Source: Malacoraja senta (Eukaryota). Taken from it: a stretch of 64,000 nt of DNA. Positions 38,519-51,558 of the stretch are shown piece after piece. Each line of letters opens with the position of its first letter. The stretch's first letter is position 1. The notes below the pieces were generated by a model. The model had not been told where the DNA came from, ran no database searches, and worked only from the letters and a program-made list of their open reading frames with translations. The DNA is taken from assembly GCA_038087875.1 (NCBI GenBank), contig CM075982.1, positions 13,702,001 to 13,766,000 of the forward strand, given 5' to 3'. Both the position numbers and the translations under genes were made by a program.

Positions 38519-39054
38519 AAATTTATGAAGCACAATCAAAAATTGCTGCTAAGTTACTGAAAGGTACAGTTTGTCTGTTCTCTTCCAATAACCAAGACTT
38601 TCTGGGCCTTTGTACTTACCTCAGACAGCACCACCTCAGTATGGGCTCGAGTAGTTTGGTCTACCTAGCTAAAGCCTGTATAGAAGAGAACTAAAATGTT
38701 CCCTTTTGGAGAAACATAGGCAGTTCTTGCTTAATAATTCCTTTGCTACAACTTTCACAGAGCTGTTAACCATACGATTCATCTGCTGAAAGACTCATCC
38801 TAGATTCAATCAAAATCTATAACACGGAATGGGGTCCATACATTTGTGCCAAGAAACTGCTGCACGGCTTAATTATGAGTTGTCTGGAATGAGGCGGTCA
38901 CCATCTCATAATAAAAGGGTCATCATTCAAGATAGAAATTAGAAGAAATGTCTTTATCCAATGATTGGTGACTACAATTTACTGTGTAAGAGGCAGTAAA
39001 GGCTGACTTGCTGGGAATATTCAAGATAGAGAACAAAAGATTTTGATATACTAA

Positions 39055-40597
39055 TGGGCCTGTCCCACTTAGGTGACTTTTTAGACTGCAGGAGACACTA
39101 CGGTCGCCACATGGTCGACACATGATTGGTTGCCGGATAGTCGCCTTCAAGGTCGTGAGGAGTTCCCGCATTCTGGGAACTAGTTGCGGCTTCATTATGG
39201 TCGCCGCTAATTTTTCAACATGTTTTCAAAATTAGCGGCGACCAGAATGAAGCTGCCATGGAGAATAGCGAGAATTCCCATGCCTTAGGTGGGTCGCCAA
39301 GAGGTCCTAGGGGGTTGCCAGGAGGTCGAAGGTTCTCACAGGTTCTCGTAGGTTGTAGCCGGTGCAGACCAGTGAATTTCATTGGCTCATTGGGGAAAAA
39401 AAGTAGTTTTCAGAACCAAGGATAACCGACCGGTAATGTTAAATGTCTGCCGAGCTTCACAACCGTGTATTTCTGGCTTCTTAAAAGCTGTCTCCACTCC
39501 TTCCCCCCCTCTTCTCCCCCCCTACCCCCCTCTCCCCCTCTTTTAAAGGACTTACCGTACACTGTGCTTTCACTGTCTTAATCACAGCGTCAACCTTCCA
39601 GTTCATCGCAGTATGTGTCTGTATCACATTGGCTTTGCACCATGTGAATTTCACTCAGACAGTGCTCCCCCCGCTTGTCCTGTCCCCCGCCTGCATAATG
39701 GGCTGGTGAAGGAAGCGATGTGTGTGTGTGTGTAAATAGCTCGTTCTAAGCTTCCCCCCAGTCTAGTTTCAGTCAAAAATCACTGAGTCAAGCACCTGCG
39801 CAACTAATCTTTATTCTGACAAAACACAATTACAGTTCCCACTACTATACCTAACCACCGCGGGTTCAATCCTCGTATCTGCCTGACCAAGCCCTCTTAG
39901 CCTCGTTCAAGCAGAGAGACTCCAGAAGGTCACGCAGTGCTGAGCGTTCTCCCAGAAGATCGACACAGGACCTCATGGGAGTGGCTTTTTATAGGTCCCC
40001 GAACCTTGAGGGGCCGAACCACATGGGGGTGGTCTCTATACAGTCCAATAACAGATATCGATTAACACAGTATATGATAGACATTTCCCTAACCCAATAA
40101 TACAGTAACTAATACAGTGTATTCAAACGGAGCTTCTGAAAGGAAGCAAACATAGCAACATTTGCCCAGATATTCAAGAAACCCAGACAAGGCTCGACAC
40201 TTAATACAATCAACATCTAGCAAAGTAAAGCTTTGCAACATTATAGACAATGTGTATGTCTGGTTTGCATTCATCCAATCCATTCCATGCAATTTGCACC
40301 TAATTGTCAGGATCTGCAGATGTTTCATGCTCTTCCTGCAGCACTTATCTAGGCTCTAGACAAACTGGCACCATTCTGCAGCTTGTCCTATTTCTGCAGA
40401 AGGCACATTTAAATTGACCAAATGGCCTAGCAGCCCAGAAGCCTTTACTCAATTTTAATGTCCTGGCCTCTCCAGTTTGGCCAGAAATAACATGTGTGTG
40501 TTCCACTCTAACAGTCGCCGTTCCAGTTGCCGGTTTTTCAGGCGACTGCCGGCAACTTGACAGTCACCTGAAAAATCGCCTTAGTGGGACAGGCCCA
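39055..40597. mobile_element. PIF/Harbinger-type MITE (same TIR family as 19453) containing a solo LTR
   Basis: TIR tgggcctgtcccact...agtgggacaggccca; TAA TSD; inserted in a CR1 3' remnant. Confidence 0.88.
39731..40492 (-). mobile_element. Solo LTR (ERV or LTR retrotransposon), 762 bp
   Basis: TGT...ACA termini; tgtg on both sides; minus-strand TATAAAAA at 39986-39993 and AATAAA at 39810-39815 in U3-R-U5 order. Confidence 0.75.
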
Positions 40598-41699
40598 TAA
40601 GGGAATCAAAGGATATCGGATTAGTGTAGGAAACTATACCTGCTGTAGGAGATCACCTACGAACTTACTAAATGACATAAGAGACACGATGAGCTAACTT
40701 ATCTACTGATATTATTTTGTAGAAATGCTTTATAAAAATTCTGCATATGATAAATCTTAATCCTGTTTCTATTGGTTATTAAAACACAAATTGACTTAAA
40801 CATGTCATTGTAAGAAATGTCAAATCCTGCCCTATAGACTGGCTATATGGCAGGTTGATTACAAAGAAACAACGTGTGAAATCTCCAGCAACCATACAAC
40901 AGATCTGTTATCAGCTTGAATCCCAGCCTGGCTTCCACTTGCACCAAAATTGCTTTGTATATATTGGGGATGTCATGCACTGTTATCCCTGTCCAGTAAC
41001 CTTATTGCGCCTGTTATTTCCTGGATAATTGCTAATTTAGAAAAGAGTCTACTAAATTATCTGCTTCATTCATTGTGCACTTGATGTACTGCTACTGCTA
41101 TTACTCATACAAGTAGCTGCTACTTCACAGAGTCTCTGGTGGCAAAGAGGTCACCACAATCGGGATTGCTTTTCAGTGCTTTTGTTGCATGTGGCAAAAT
41201 AAAATGAGCAGGGGCAGAGATTGTTTCAGGTGATATAGATCATAAAACACTATAGAAGCTAGACACAAAATGCTGGAGTAACTCAGCAGGACAAGCGGCA
41301 TTTCTGGAGAGAAGGAATGGGTGCTTGTCCCGCTGAGTTACTCCAGCATTTTGTGTCTACCTCCGATTTAAACCAGCATTGGCAGTTCTTTCCTACACAT
41401 AAAACAGTATAGCATGGGAATAGGCTTTTTGGCCCTATGGTTTTTGTGCCAATTATGATGCCAAATTAAACTAACCCCATCTGCCTGTATTGTGATCCAT
41501 ATCCCTTCATTCCCTGCATGTGGCCTCTTAAACATTATTATTGTATCTGCTTCCACCATCTCCACTGGCAGCAAATTCCAAACTTACCACTCTCTGTGTA
41601 AATTATTACCTTAAGCCTATGTCAATAGACAATAGATAATTATCCTCTCGAATTTAATATTTACATCCTGGGATAAAATACATTATCTACCCTATCTAT

Positions 41700-42280
41700 G
41701 TAGGAAGGAACTGCAGTTGCTGGTTTAAACCAAAGATAGACACAAAATGCTGGACCAACTCAGGGGGTCAGGCAGCATCTCTGGAGAGAAGGAATGGGTG
41801 ACGTTTCGGGTCGAGACGCTGGGAAATGTTTAACTCTTTAACTCCTCCTCCCATTCCCACGCTGATCTTTCTGTCCTGGGCCTCCATTGTCAGAGTGATG
41901 CCTAGCACCTCATATTTCGATTGGGCAGTTTACACCCCAGCATTATGAACATTGATTTCTCTAACTTCAAGTAACCCTTGCTTTCCCTCTCTCTCCATTC
42001 CTCCCCCTCCCCAGTTCTCTGACCAGTCTTACTGCCTCCGACTACATTTTATCTCTGTTTGCTTAGTTGTTACCTTCTCCCAGTTAGCAATGATCTATTC
42101 TACATTTTCCTTGATCTCCATTCCCTTTTTCCTGTTTTCTAAACTTACACTTCATTATCTATGTATCTCCCTCTCCCCGACATCAGTCTGAACAAGGGTC
42201 AGGAACCGAAACAACACCAATCCTTCTCTCCAGAGATGCTGCCTGATCCGCTCAGTTACTCTAGCATGTTGTCTATCTAC
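41700..42280. mobile_element. Penelope truncated copy with inverted pLTR
   Basis: Minus pLTR end 41700-41820, then plus GIY-YIG end and pLTR with a degenerate ctgaaca...gaaac core. Confidence 0.8.
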
Positions 42281-44240
42281 CCTATCAATGCCTCTCATAA
42301 TTTTATAAACTTCCATCAGGTGCTCCCTCATCAACACTCCAGAGAAAACAATTCAAGTTTGTTCAACTTTTCCTTATCGCTAATAAGCATTCGGATCCAG
42401 GCAACACCATTATAAACCTCTTCTGCATCCTCACCTAATCCTCCACATCCTTCCAGCAATGTGACAACCAGAACTGCACATAATACATCAAATATTACCT
42501 AAGCAAACTACTCCAAATGTAACTGGTGAAGGCAAGCACGCTGTATGCCTTCTTTACCAATCTATGTCATCATTTTCGGGAGCTATGGACTTGGACCCCA
42601 AGATTCATCTGTACAGCAATGATCCTAAGGGTCCTGCCATTTACTGCATACTTTCCCATTAGATTTGATCTCCCAAAATGCCACACCTCATACTTGTCCA
42701 GATTAAACTCCATTCGGCATTTTCCCATCCATATCTCCCTAAATAAACACCTAAATAAATAAAGTAACAACAGAGGCCTCAGCACTGATACCTGAGACAC
42801 TCCACTCATCGCAGACCTCCAGTCAACAAAACACACCTCCACCACTACCCTGTCTTTTATGGCAATGCCGATTTTGCATCCAATCTACCAAACAACCTTG
42901 TCAAGTGCATTATTAAAGTCCAGGTAGACAACATAAACTGTCCTATCCCCATTAATCATCTTCGACATTTCCTCATAAAAAACTCAATCAACTTTGTAAG
43001 ATATGATCTGTCCTGTATAAAACCATGCTAATGATTCATTATAAGCCCATTATTTTCCAAATGTAATTAAATCCCTTTTTGAACAAAGGGACAACATTGG
43101 CTACTTTCCTATCTGGAAACTCGCCTGTGGCTAAATCTCCATCAAGGTCCTAGCTATCTCTTCTCTTATCTCTCTCAATAACCTGGGATAGATCCATCAT
43201 GTTTGAGGAAATCCGCCATTATGTTCTTTAATAAACACAACACTCCCTCCTTCTCAATATCAACATGCTCTAGAATATTAGCATACTCCATACTTTTCTC
43301 ACTATCCTCTATGTCATTCTCCTTGCATCTATCGATGCATCTATCGATACCTTGGTACCTTGCCTACCATAAATTTCCTCCTTTGCCCTTAAGTGGTCCT
43401 AACCTCTCCCTAGCTACCTTCTCAGTGTTAATAAATATATAAAATGCCTTGGGATTTTGCTTAATCCTACTCGCTAGGGTCATTCCATTTCCCTGTTGAT
43501 TCCCTGTTTCATTTCTTACCTGATTTCATAATATTTCTTAAAAGTGTCTGATTTCAGCTTCTTACATCTTACATATGCTTTGTTTTTTTACTTTAAACTA
43601 CATTCAGCTTCTCTATCATACAAAGTTCTGGAACCTTGCCATCCTTGTCTTTCTTTCTCATTGGAATATGCTGATTCTGAATTCTGATCAGCTGGTCAGA
43701 AGTCGACCCACGTGTGGATCAGCCTTCCAGTATGTCCTCTCTGAATGCAGCTGTGACATTATCCCTGATTAGTAATGCAAGTCCCTCACATCTTTTACAT
43801 CCTTCCCTGTCAGATCTGAAACACCCTGGAACATTGAGTTGCCAGGCTTGCCCTTCTCTCAACCAAGTCTCCGTAATGGCCGCAACATAATTCCATGTAC
43901 TAACCCAGGCTCTAAATTCATCTGCCTTACCCCATAATATATTTTCCATTGAAATAAACATTTACCACCCATCAATCCCGCAAAGTTTATTCAACTGACC
44001 CTGTCAGTCCTTCCTATTAGACTTACCTAGCCTCACTCGCACCTTCCATTCAACCCCTCCACTTGCGAACTTGCTGCTCTGGTTCCCACTCTCCACCACA
44101 TTAGTTTATACCCTCCTGAGCAGCACAAGCAAAGCTCCCTGAAAGAATATTGGAGCCCCTCCTGTTTCGGTGTAAACCATCCTTCATGTATAGGTTGCAC
44201 CTGCCCTGCAGGAGACTCCAATGATGCGTGTACCTGAAAC

Positions 44241-44600
44241 ATAGAAACATAGAAACATAGAAACATAGAAAGTAGGTGCGAGAGTAGACCACCAGGTCCA
44301 TCGAGCCCGCACCGCCATTTGCTCATGGCTGAACACTAAACAGACACCCTTACCCACAAACAGTAGACACAAGACACAGAACACAAGACACTACCCTCCC
44401 CTTTATATCGCTATCACCCCTCTCCACCCCAAGAACCGCGTGATCTCCTGGGGGAGGCAAAAAAACGGATAAAAACCCAGGTCCAATTCGGGAAAAAAAT
44501 CCGGGAAATTCCTCTCCGACCCCAATCCAGGCGATCGACACTTGTCCAGGAGATCACTCAGGTCTTACTATACTAACCATACCTAGGTCCATATCCCTCC
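44241..44600 (-). mobile_element. Young CR1-type 3' UTR insertion with a structured domain
   Basis: (tttctatg)n tail; CR1 terminal motif gggctcgatggacctggtggtctactc; 12-bp stem gtgatctcctgg/ccaggagatcac. Confidence 0.7.
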
Positions 44601-44744
44601 CCTCCCTCCCGTATCAGCTCCTTAACAACACATTCAAATATATATCTTCCTATGTCTTGCCTTGCTACCACATGGCATGTAGACTAATCCTGAGATAACC
44701 CAGATTATTATCTATTTTTTAAATCTATCAACCTAACACACAGC

Positions 44745-46670
44745 GCGCTGACTGAGGCCAAGCGACAACTCTCAGACACCTCCTCCTACTTATCGGACCA
44801 TGAACCCACAGACAAGCACCCAGACCTTAATATCACACACCATTTCTAACTTCATTACTTCCAGCTCTCTGCCCTCTAAAGCCTCCAACCTCATCGTTCC
44901 CCAGCCCCGCACGGCCCAATTTTAACTTCTCCCCAAAATCCACAAACAGACCTGTCCTGGCATTGTTTCTGCTTGTTCGTGCCCCACCGACCTAATTTCC
45001 ACCTACCTCGACTCCATCCTATCCCCCCTGGTCCAATCCCTCCCCACCTATGTCCAAGACACCTCACACGCTCTTCGTCTCCTCCATGACTTCCGTTTTC
45101 CAGGCCCCCCATTCCCTCATCTTTACTATGGATGTCCAGTCACTCTACACCTCCATCCCCCACCAGGAGGGTCTTAAAGCCCTCCGTTTCTTCCTCAACT
45201 GCAGAACCAGCCAATTTCCATCTACTAATACTCTCCTCCGCCTAGCAGAGCTGGTCCTTACCCTCAACAACTTCTCCTTTGACCTCTCATTTCCTCCAAA
45301 TCCAAGGCATAGCTATGGGCACTCTCATGGGCCCTCGCTATGCCTGCCTCTTTGTAGGGTACGTTGAACAATCACTGTTCCAGGCGTACACTGGCCCTAT
45401 CCCCGAACTCTATCTCCGCTACATTGACGACTGCATGGTGCCACCCCCTGCACCCATGCAGAACTCACTGACTTCATCCACTTCACTACTAATTTCTATC
45501 CGGCACTTAAATTCACCTGGACCATTTCCGACATCTCCTTACCGTTTCTAGATCTCACCGTCTCCATCACAGGTAACAGACTATGGACTGACATCTACTA
45601 CAAACTTACTGACTCCCATAGCTACACTTCTTCACACCCTGCTTCCTGTAAAGACTCTATCCCCTACTCCCAATTCCTCCGTCTACGCTGCATCTGCGCC
45701 CAGGATGAGGTGTTCCATACTAGGGCATCGGAGATGTCCTCATTCTTTAGGGAACGGGGGTTCCCCTCTTCCATTATAGATGAGGCTCTCACTAGTGTCT
45801 CCTCGATATCCTGCAGCTCAGCTCTCACTCCTCCTCCCCCCATTCATAACAAGGACAGAGTCCCCCTTGTCCTCACCTTCTATCCCATCAGCCATCACAT
45901 ACAGTATATAATCCTCCAACATTTTTGCCACCTCCAACGGCATCCCACTACTGGCCACATCTTCCCATCTCCACCCCTTTCTACTTTCCGCAGAGACCAT
46001 TCCCTCCGTAACTCCCTGGTCAATTCTTCCGTTCCCACCAAAACCACCACCTCCACGGGTACTTTCCCCTTCAACCGCAGGAAATGCAACACCTGTCCCT
46101 TTACCTCCCCCCTCGACTCCATCCAAGGACCCAATCTGTCTTTCCAGGTGAGGCAGAGGTTCATTTGCACCTCCTCCAAACTCATCTTCTGTATCCGCTG
46201 TTCCAGGTTTCAACTTCTCTACATCGGAGAGACCAAGCGCAGGCTCGACGATCGTTTCACTGAACACCTCCGCTCAGTCCCTCGTAACCTACCTGATTTC
46301 CAAGTTGCTCAGCACTTCAACTCCCCCTCCCATTCCCAATCTGACCTTTCAGTCCTGGGCCTCCTCCATTGTCAGAGTGAGGCCCAGCGCAAATTCGAGG
46401 AACAGCACCTCATATTTCACTTGGGTAGTTTACACCCCAGCGGTATGAACATTGTCTTATCTAATTTCAGATAGCCCTTGCTTACTCTCTCCCTCCCCTC
46501 CCCCTTCCTAGTTCCCCGACTAGTCCCACTGTCTCTGCCTACTTTCTATCTTTGTCCCGCCCTCTCCCCCGACATCAGTCTGAAGAAAGGTCTCGACCCG
46601 AAACGTCACCCATTCTTTCTCTCCATAGATGATGCCTCACCCGCTGAGTTACTCCAGCATTTTGTGTCTT
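44745..46670 (+). mobile_element. Penelope-like element (RT + GIY-YIG + pLTR), 5'-truncated and frameshifted
   Basis: TMDVQSLYTSIP, GIAMGT, YLRYIDD; IFCIRCSRFQLLYIGETKRRLDDRFTEHL. Confidence 0.93.
46580..46607 (+). ncRNA. Minimal type I hammerhead ribozyme core (putative)
   Basis: CUGAAGA-aagguc(uc)gaccc-GAAAC-GUC in the pLTR. Confidence 0.62.
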
Positions 46671-46866
46671 TCCTGAAATTCATCTTTCTTTCTTGTTATG
46701 TAATTAGCTCCAATATGAATGCTGGCTGCTCACTCTCTCCTTTCAGAATGTCCTGTACTCCTCCAGGGCATACTTGATCCTGGCATCAGGGATGTAACAC
46801 ACCATCTTGCTTGTGACCACATAAATGCCTACCTATGCTCATGACTAAAGAGATCCTATCACTGTT

Positions 46867-47021
46867 TAAGAAAGAACTGCAGATGCTGGAAAAATAGGTG
46901 ACGTTTCGGATCGAGACCCTTCTTCAGTCTGAAGAAGGGTCTCGACCCAAAATGTCACCTATTCCTTCACTCCATAGATGCTGCCTCACCCGCTGAGTTT
47001 CTCCAGCATTTTTGTCTACTC
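46867..47021. mobile_element. 155-bp Penelope-derived insertion with two head-to-head hammerhead cores
   Basis: Inverted arms 46893-46927 / 46929-46963; 12-bp TSD cctatcactgtt (46855-46866, 47022-47033). Confidence 0.85.
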
Positions 47022-47097
47022 CCTATCACTGTTGCTCATCTAGACTTAGCCGTACCTTTCTGTATAGTAGTCAGTGGTGGAACCAGATCTGGCTGCT

Positions 47098-47731
47098 GAA
47101 AGGATTGAACAAGCTAGATGCAGGAAAAATGTTCCCAATGTTGGGTGAGTCCAGAACCAGGGGCCACAGTCTTAGAATAAAGGGGAAGCCATTTAAGACT
47201 GAGGTGAGAACAAAGTTTTTCACCCAGAGAGTTGTGAATTTGTGGAATTCCCTGCCACAGAGGGCTGTGGAGGATAATAACGATGGATTTAAGAGCGAGT
47301 TAGATAGAGCTCTAGGGGCTAGCGGAATCAAGGGATATGGAGAGAAGGTAGGCACGGGTTATTGATTGGGGACGATCAGCCATGATCACATTCGGTGCTG
47401 GCTCGAAGGGCCGAATGGCCTTCTCCTGCACCTATTTTCTATGTTAATAAGGGGTAAGGCATTTAGTACGGAGATGAGAAAACACTTTTTCACACAGAGA
47501 GTTGTGAGTCTGTGGAATTCTCTGCCTCGGAGGGCGGTGGAGGCCGGTTCTCTGAATGCTTTCAAGAGAGAGCTAGACAGAGCTCTTAAAGATAACGGAG
47601 TCAGGGGATATGGGGAGAAACCAGGTTCGGGATACTGATTGTGGATGATCAGCCATGATCACATTGAATGGCGGTGCTGGCTCGAGGGGCCGAATGGCCC
47701 ACTCCTGCACCTAATGTCTATTGTCTATTGT
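47098..47731 (+). mobile_element. Two tandem CR1 3' ends
   Basis: FFTQRVVNLWNSLP and FFTQRVVSLWNSLP, each followed by a CR1 3' UTR and tail. Confidence 0.88.
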
Positions 47732-50700
47732 CAATTTTCCCTGAGAGGTTGTTTCCCAAACAGTATCCAGAATGATATACATATTTGGGAAGAGGATAGC
47801 CACAAGGGACTCCTGCACTACCTGCCCCTCTTGGTGTTCAGCCATCTATCTGACTGTACCTTTAGTGTGATTACCTCCCTCAAACTACTATCTATGACTT
47901 TTTCTGTCTCCTGTATGCTCTTCAGTAAGTCCAACTGCTGTTCCAACCAATCCAAGCAATCTGAGAAGAGCTGCAGCTGGACACACTTCCTGCAGAAATA
48001 GTTCTCAGGGAAGCTTGTCTTCTTACTGATCTCCCAATGGTAAAAATGATACCATACAAAGTTGTTCAGCCATTGTACCGATAGGTTTTCAAGCTGTGAT
48101 GATGCTTTAGCAAGGCCAGAGTGGAGATATGATCATCCCTCTGAAAATTAATCTTGATGTCCACACATTGATTTACTCCTGTAAAAAAAATGTGGCACCA
48201 TACTGTGGTTACATTTTGCCAGCAGCCAGGATCAAATATAAGTTTTGAACTTATTTGGATAAAAGAAACAGCACACATCACTACTGTAACTGACAAGCTG
48301 CTAGTCCATTTAAATGCTCTCATTTCATTTCTGCCATCGGAAAAAAAGTTACAGGGGTCTGAAAACTGTGACATCCAGGTTCAGGAACAGCTTCTTCCCA
48401 ATGCAACACTACGAACTGCAGCTAAACTCTGAACTACAAACTGTCTTGATTGCACTAGGGACCTTGAGCTTTGTTTTGCACTGCATTTGTTTTTTTATAT
48501 ATTGAACTTTTTGGGTTTATTATGTTATCTGTTGAGTACTGTGTTTTAAAAACCTGTTTTGTTGTTGCAAGTAAGAATGTCATTGTTCTGTTTCAGTACA
48601 AATGACAATAAAACACTTTTGACTACTCTTGATTTTTACGTAACTACCCTCCTTTTCTTTGGAGAAAAGATACTGATTTTACAATTGTTCAATTGTTTCT
48701 GTAGCCCAAGCTCTTTAAACAGACTGTTTTCTGAGTAAATTGACTTAATTTGCTTTGCTGCAAGTCACATAACTACTCACCCCACCCCCCCCCAAACTTC
48801 TTACCACCACCATCAGACTACAACTCATTGACTGAAGCAGTGCTGTCAATAACCCCTGTGTCGATACATCAACATACAATACTTCCAGAGCCTTCAGGGA
48901 TGTGGTTAAAGACAGATATATGCTACTGCACAGTCATGATCTATCAAAGAAGCCATGGTCCTTAATGGTTATGCTTCATATATCCTTAATGCTAGCAGAG
49001 GGAGTATCAATAACATCAGTCTTCAGGTATAAATAGAAAACTCATGCTTTATTCAGGAGGGCCAAATTTTCAATCTCCTTTCCCATTGACCACCATGACA
49101 AAGTTACTATATTTCACCAAACTGATGACTTTTCTAAAGTTCAGAGGTATCTGACAACTCACTTGTAGGTTTACAATCCCACTGCTATGATGCATCAATG
49201 TACAACTGATCTCTTACCATATTACACAAAAACTGCAGAACAGAACTTGGCTGTTAGCCCACCAATCCATGTCAGTGTTTGGACTGCACACAAGTCTAGT
49301 CTAATTTAATTTCTTCCTCCTACTCCGCTTCCCTGTCTGCACCAACCATCCCCTCGACAGCAGATTCTAGACTTTCGCCGCTCTGAAAATAAATCTCTGA
49401 AGAGTACTGTATCTCTTTGTTCTGGACTCACTAATGGAAGTGATTTTTCCACATCTTCTCACTAGAACTAACTCACAACTTTAAAACCTTCGGATATCTA
49501 CCTTGCCAGTATATTCCAGAGAAAAGTGGCATTGCCCATTCAATTTTTCTTGTGGTTGCGTTCTCTTAATTTTTACATCACCCTCAAACTGCTTTCTCTT
49601 CTTTCAATAGGTCTGTGTCATACAGACCAGTTGGCAACATTACTCCAGGTGTCATCAATCCAGAAAATATATTTAATATTATTCTTTGCTTTAACATTCT
49701 ACCCCACTGAAAATGAACCACAGGACTGTGCAGATGTTCCAATGTAATGCACGTGTGCTCTTACATTTAATTGTTTATATAACATTGTTTCCTGATCCTC
49801 CATTCCATTTAATTTTTTTAGTTTTCAAGTACTAGGTGACCGGCTTAATTTTCTTAGTACCATGAACTATTTATAAAGTGCCATACTGAACTTCATTTGC
49901 CATTTTTTGACCCCTCCAAACTTCAATAACTCTCACTGCCTTCATACTTTGATGCAAATTTACAGTGTTATCTAGCAAGTCTTCACATTTAGAACTGGGA
50001 ATTATATTGATTAGCCACTGAATTTGTGAGTGGAATATGTGATGCACAGTTAGCATGTGTCTATATGTGAAATGCAGCCAGCAAGCCTGTTCATCACAAT
50101 GATCTCCGAATGCAACCACCATTCTTTGCTTGTCGCCTGCATATTGCTACCTTGCATTTCTTAAAGATTGTCTACAGCATGCTCAGGAGATCCTCTGGAC
50201 ACATGGGAACTAATTTTAACATCCTGGGAAAATACTGCAAAGTGTGATTGACTTGCTCCTGTTGACCTGTAATTTTCCCCAAAATGGTACAGCCAGCATC
50301 ATCAACATTGTTCACGGATTTGAAGCAATGCCGCCAAGCGGGTCTGATTTAATTGGTGGATAACACCAGTTGAAGTGAGTAAGATCAGAATCTCATAAAG
50401 GAAAGGTTCATTGCACTCAATCGCTGGTGGAAATCTTTCTACAACTTAGCGAAACAAAGTCAAAATTATAACATAGAGCAGCGGAGATGTGCTCCCTAAT
50501 TTTCCAGCAAGAATGCAGATGCTTTCTTATCAGAATCGAGAGAAAGGGAGAGTTCCTCTACTTACAAGGAATTAAGAATACCACCATCTGATGATTAAAA
50601 GCTAAAGCAACAATAGTAAGAGGTCAAGCTCAAAGTGCACACCAAGAGTGAAGCAAAGACATGGATACAGTGTTTTAAAAAATGTGATAAACTCACACAT

Positions 50701-51177
50701 ATTGTCAAAGACAGTAAGGAATCATCAGTTACTATATCTCAGCAACTCCACCAAATATCACACCTACTCATCCAATAGCAGTCTCTATTTCTCAGGACTC
50801 CTACTTAATCTTCATATTCTGACAATATGTAGTTAGCAGGATTTCAACCTCCACATCCACATTTCATAGTTGGCCAGGGTGAAAGTACCTTAAATTATTT
50901 ACCTCTACGCTTATATCATTAATACTGCTGATCTAACCCCCTGATACTGAGTACAGAAGCCATCTCCTTGCCAGCAAATTTTCTCAGCCCATGCTAATTC
51001 ATTCCACCTTTATGGTTGGCACCAACTGCTAGCAATTCAACAATAGTGGGCACAATCCGCAAACAAATTGCAAGGCACTTTCACTAACACATACTTCCGT
51101 TTTTCACAGGGGAAGTTGACAGAGCACATGCACCTGCGGGCTCAGCAGTCTGAACACAAGAGAACTGCTCAGTAATG

Positions 51178-51558
51178 CAGTGCTGCCAACTCTCATGCAT
51201 TGAGCGTGAGACTCACGCATTTCACCACCGCCCCGACACAGAGCAATTAGTGCCGTGAAGTCACTATGACATGACGTCTTCAGTTGTCACCGACAGGGTC
51301 GTAGTTTGTCGTATCTTGTCGTGGGTGGACTTAAGTTGACTTCGGTTGTCGTAGGTTGTCACCTGTGTGGTTGTAGGTTGTCCTAGGTTGTCATAGGTGC
51401 GGTCGTAGATGGACGTCCCAATTCGCGAGGAATTGTGTCGCCGGTCGACGTAGCTTGTCGTAGCTTGACGTCGATTATGTGTTAGCTTGTCGTAGACATG
51501 GTCGTAGGGTGGGTCCAGATTTCTCACTCTCAACCTTCACCCAATGTTAGCAGCCCTG
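51178..51558. mobile_element. MITE with hAT-like TIRs carrying Harbinger-MITE internal sequence
   Basis: TIR cagtgctgccaac...gttagcagccctg; agtaatg on both sides; 51276-51519 homologous to 19810-20000. Confidence 0.75.

Larger units (their letters stand above)
41400..44700 (-). mobile_element. Old CR1 LINE with nested insertions
   Basis: Minus remnants: AITETWLREGQAWQLNVPG (EN), MEFNLDKYEVWHFGRSN (RT), 3' end near 41400. Confidence 0.8.
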
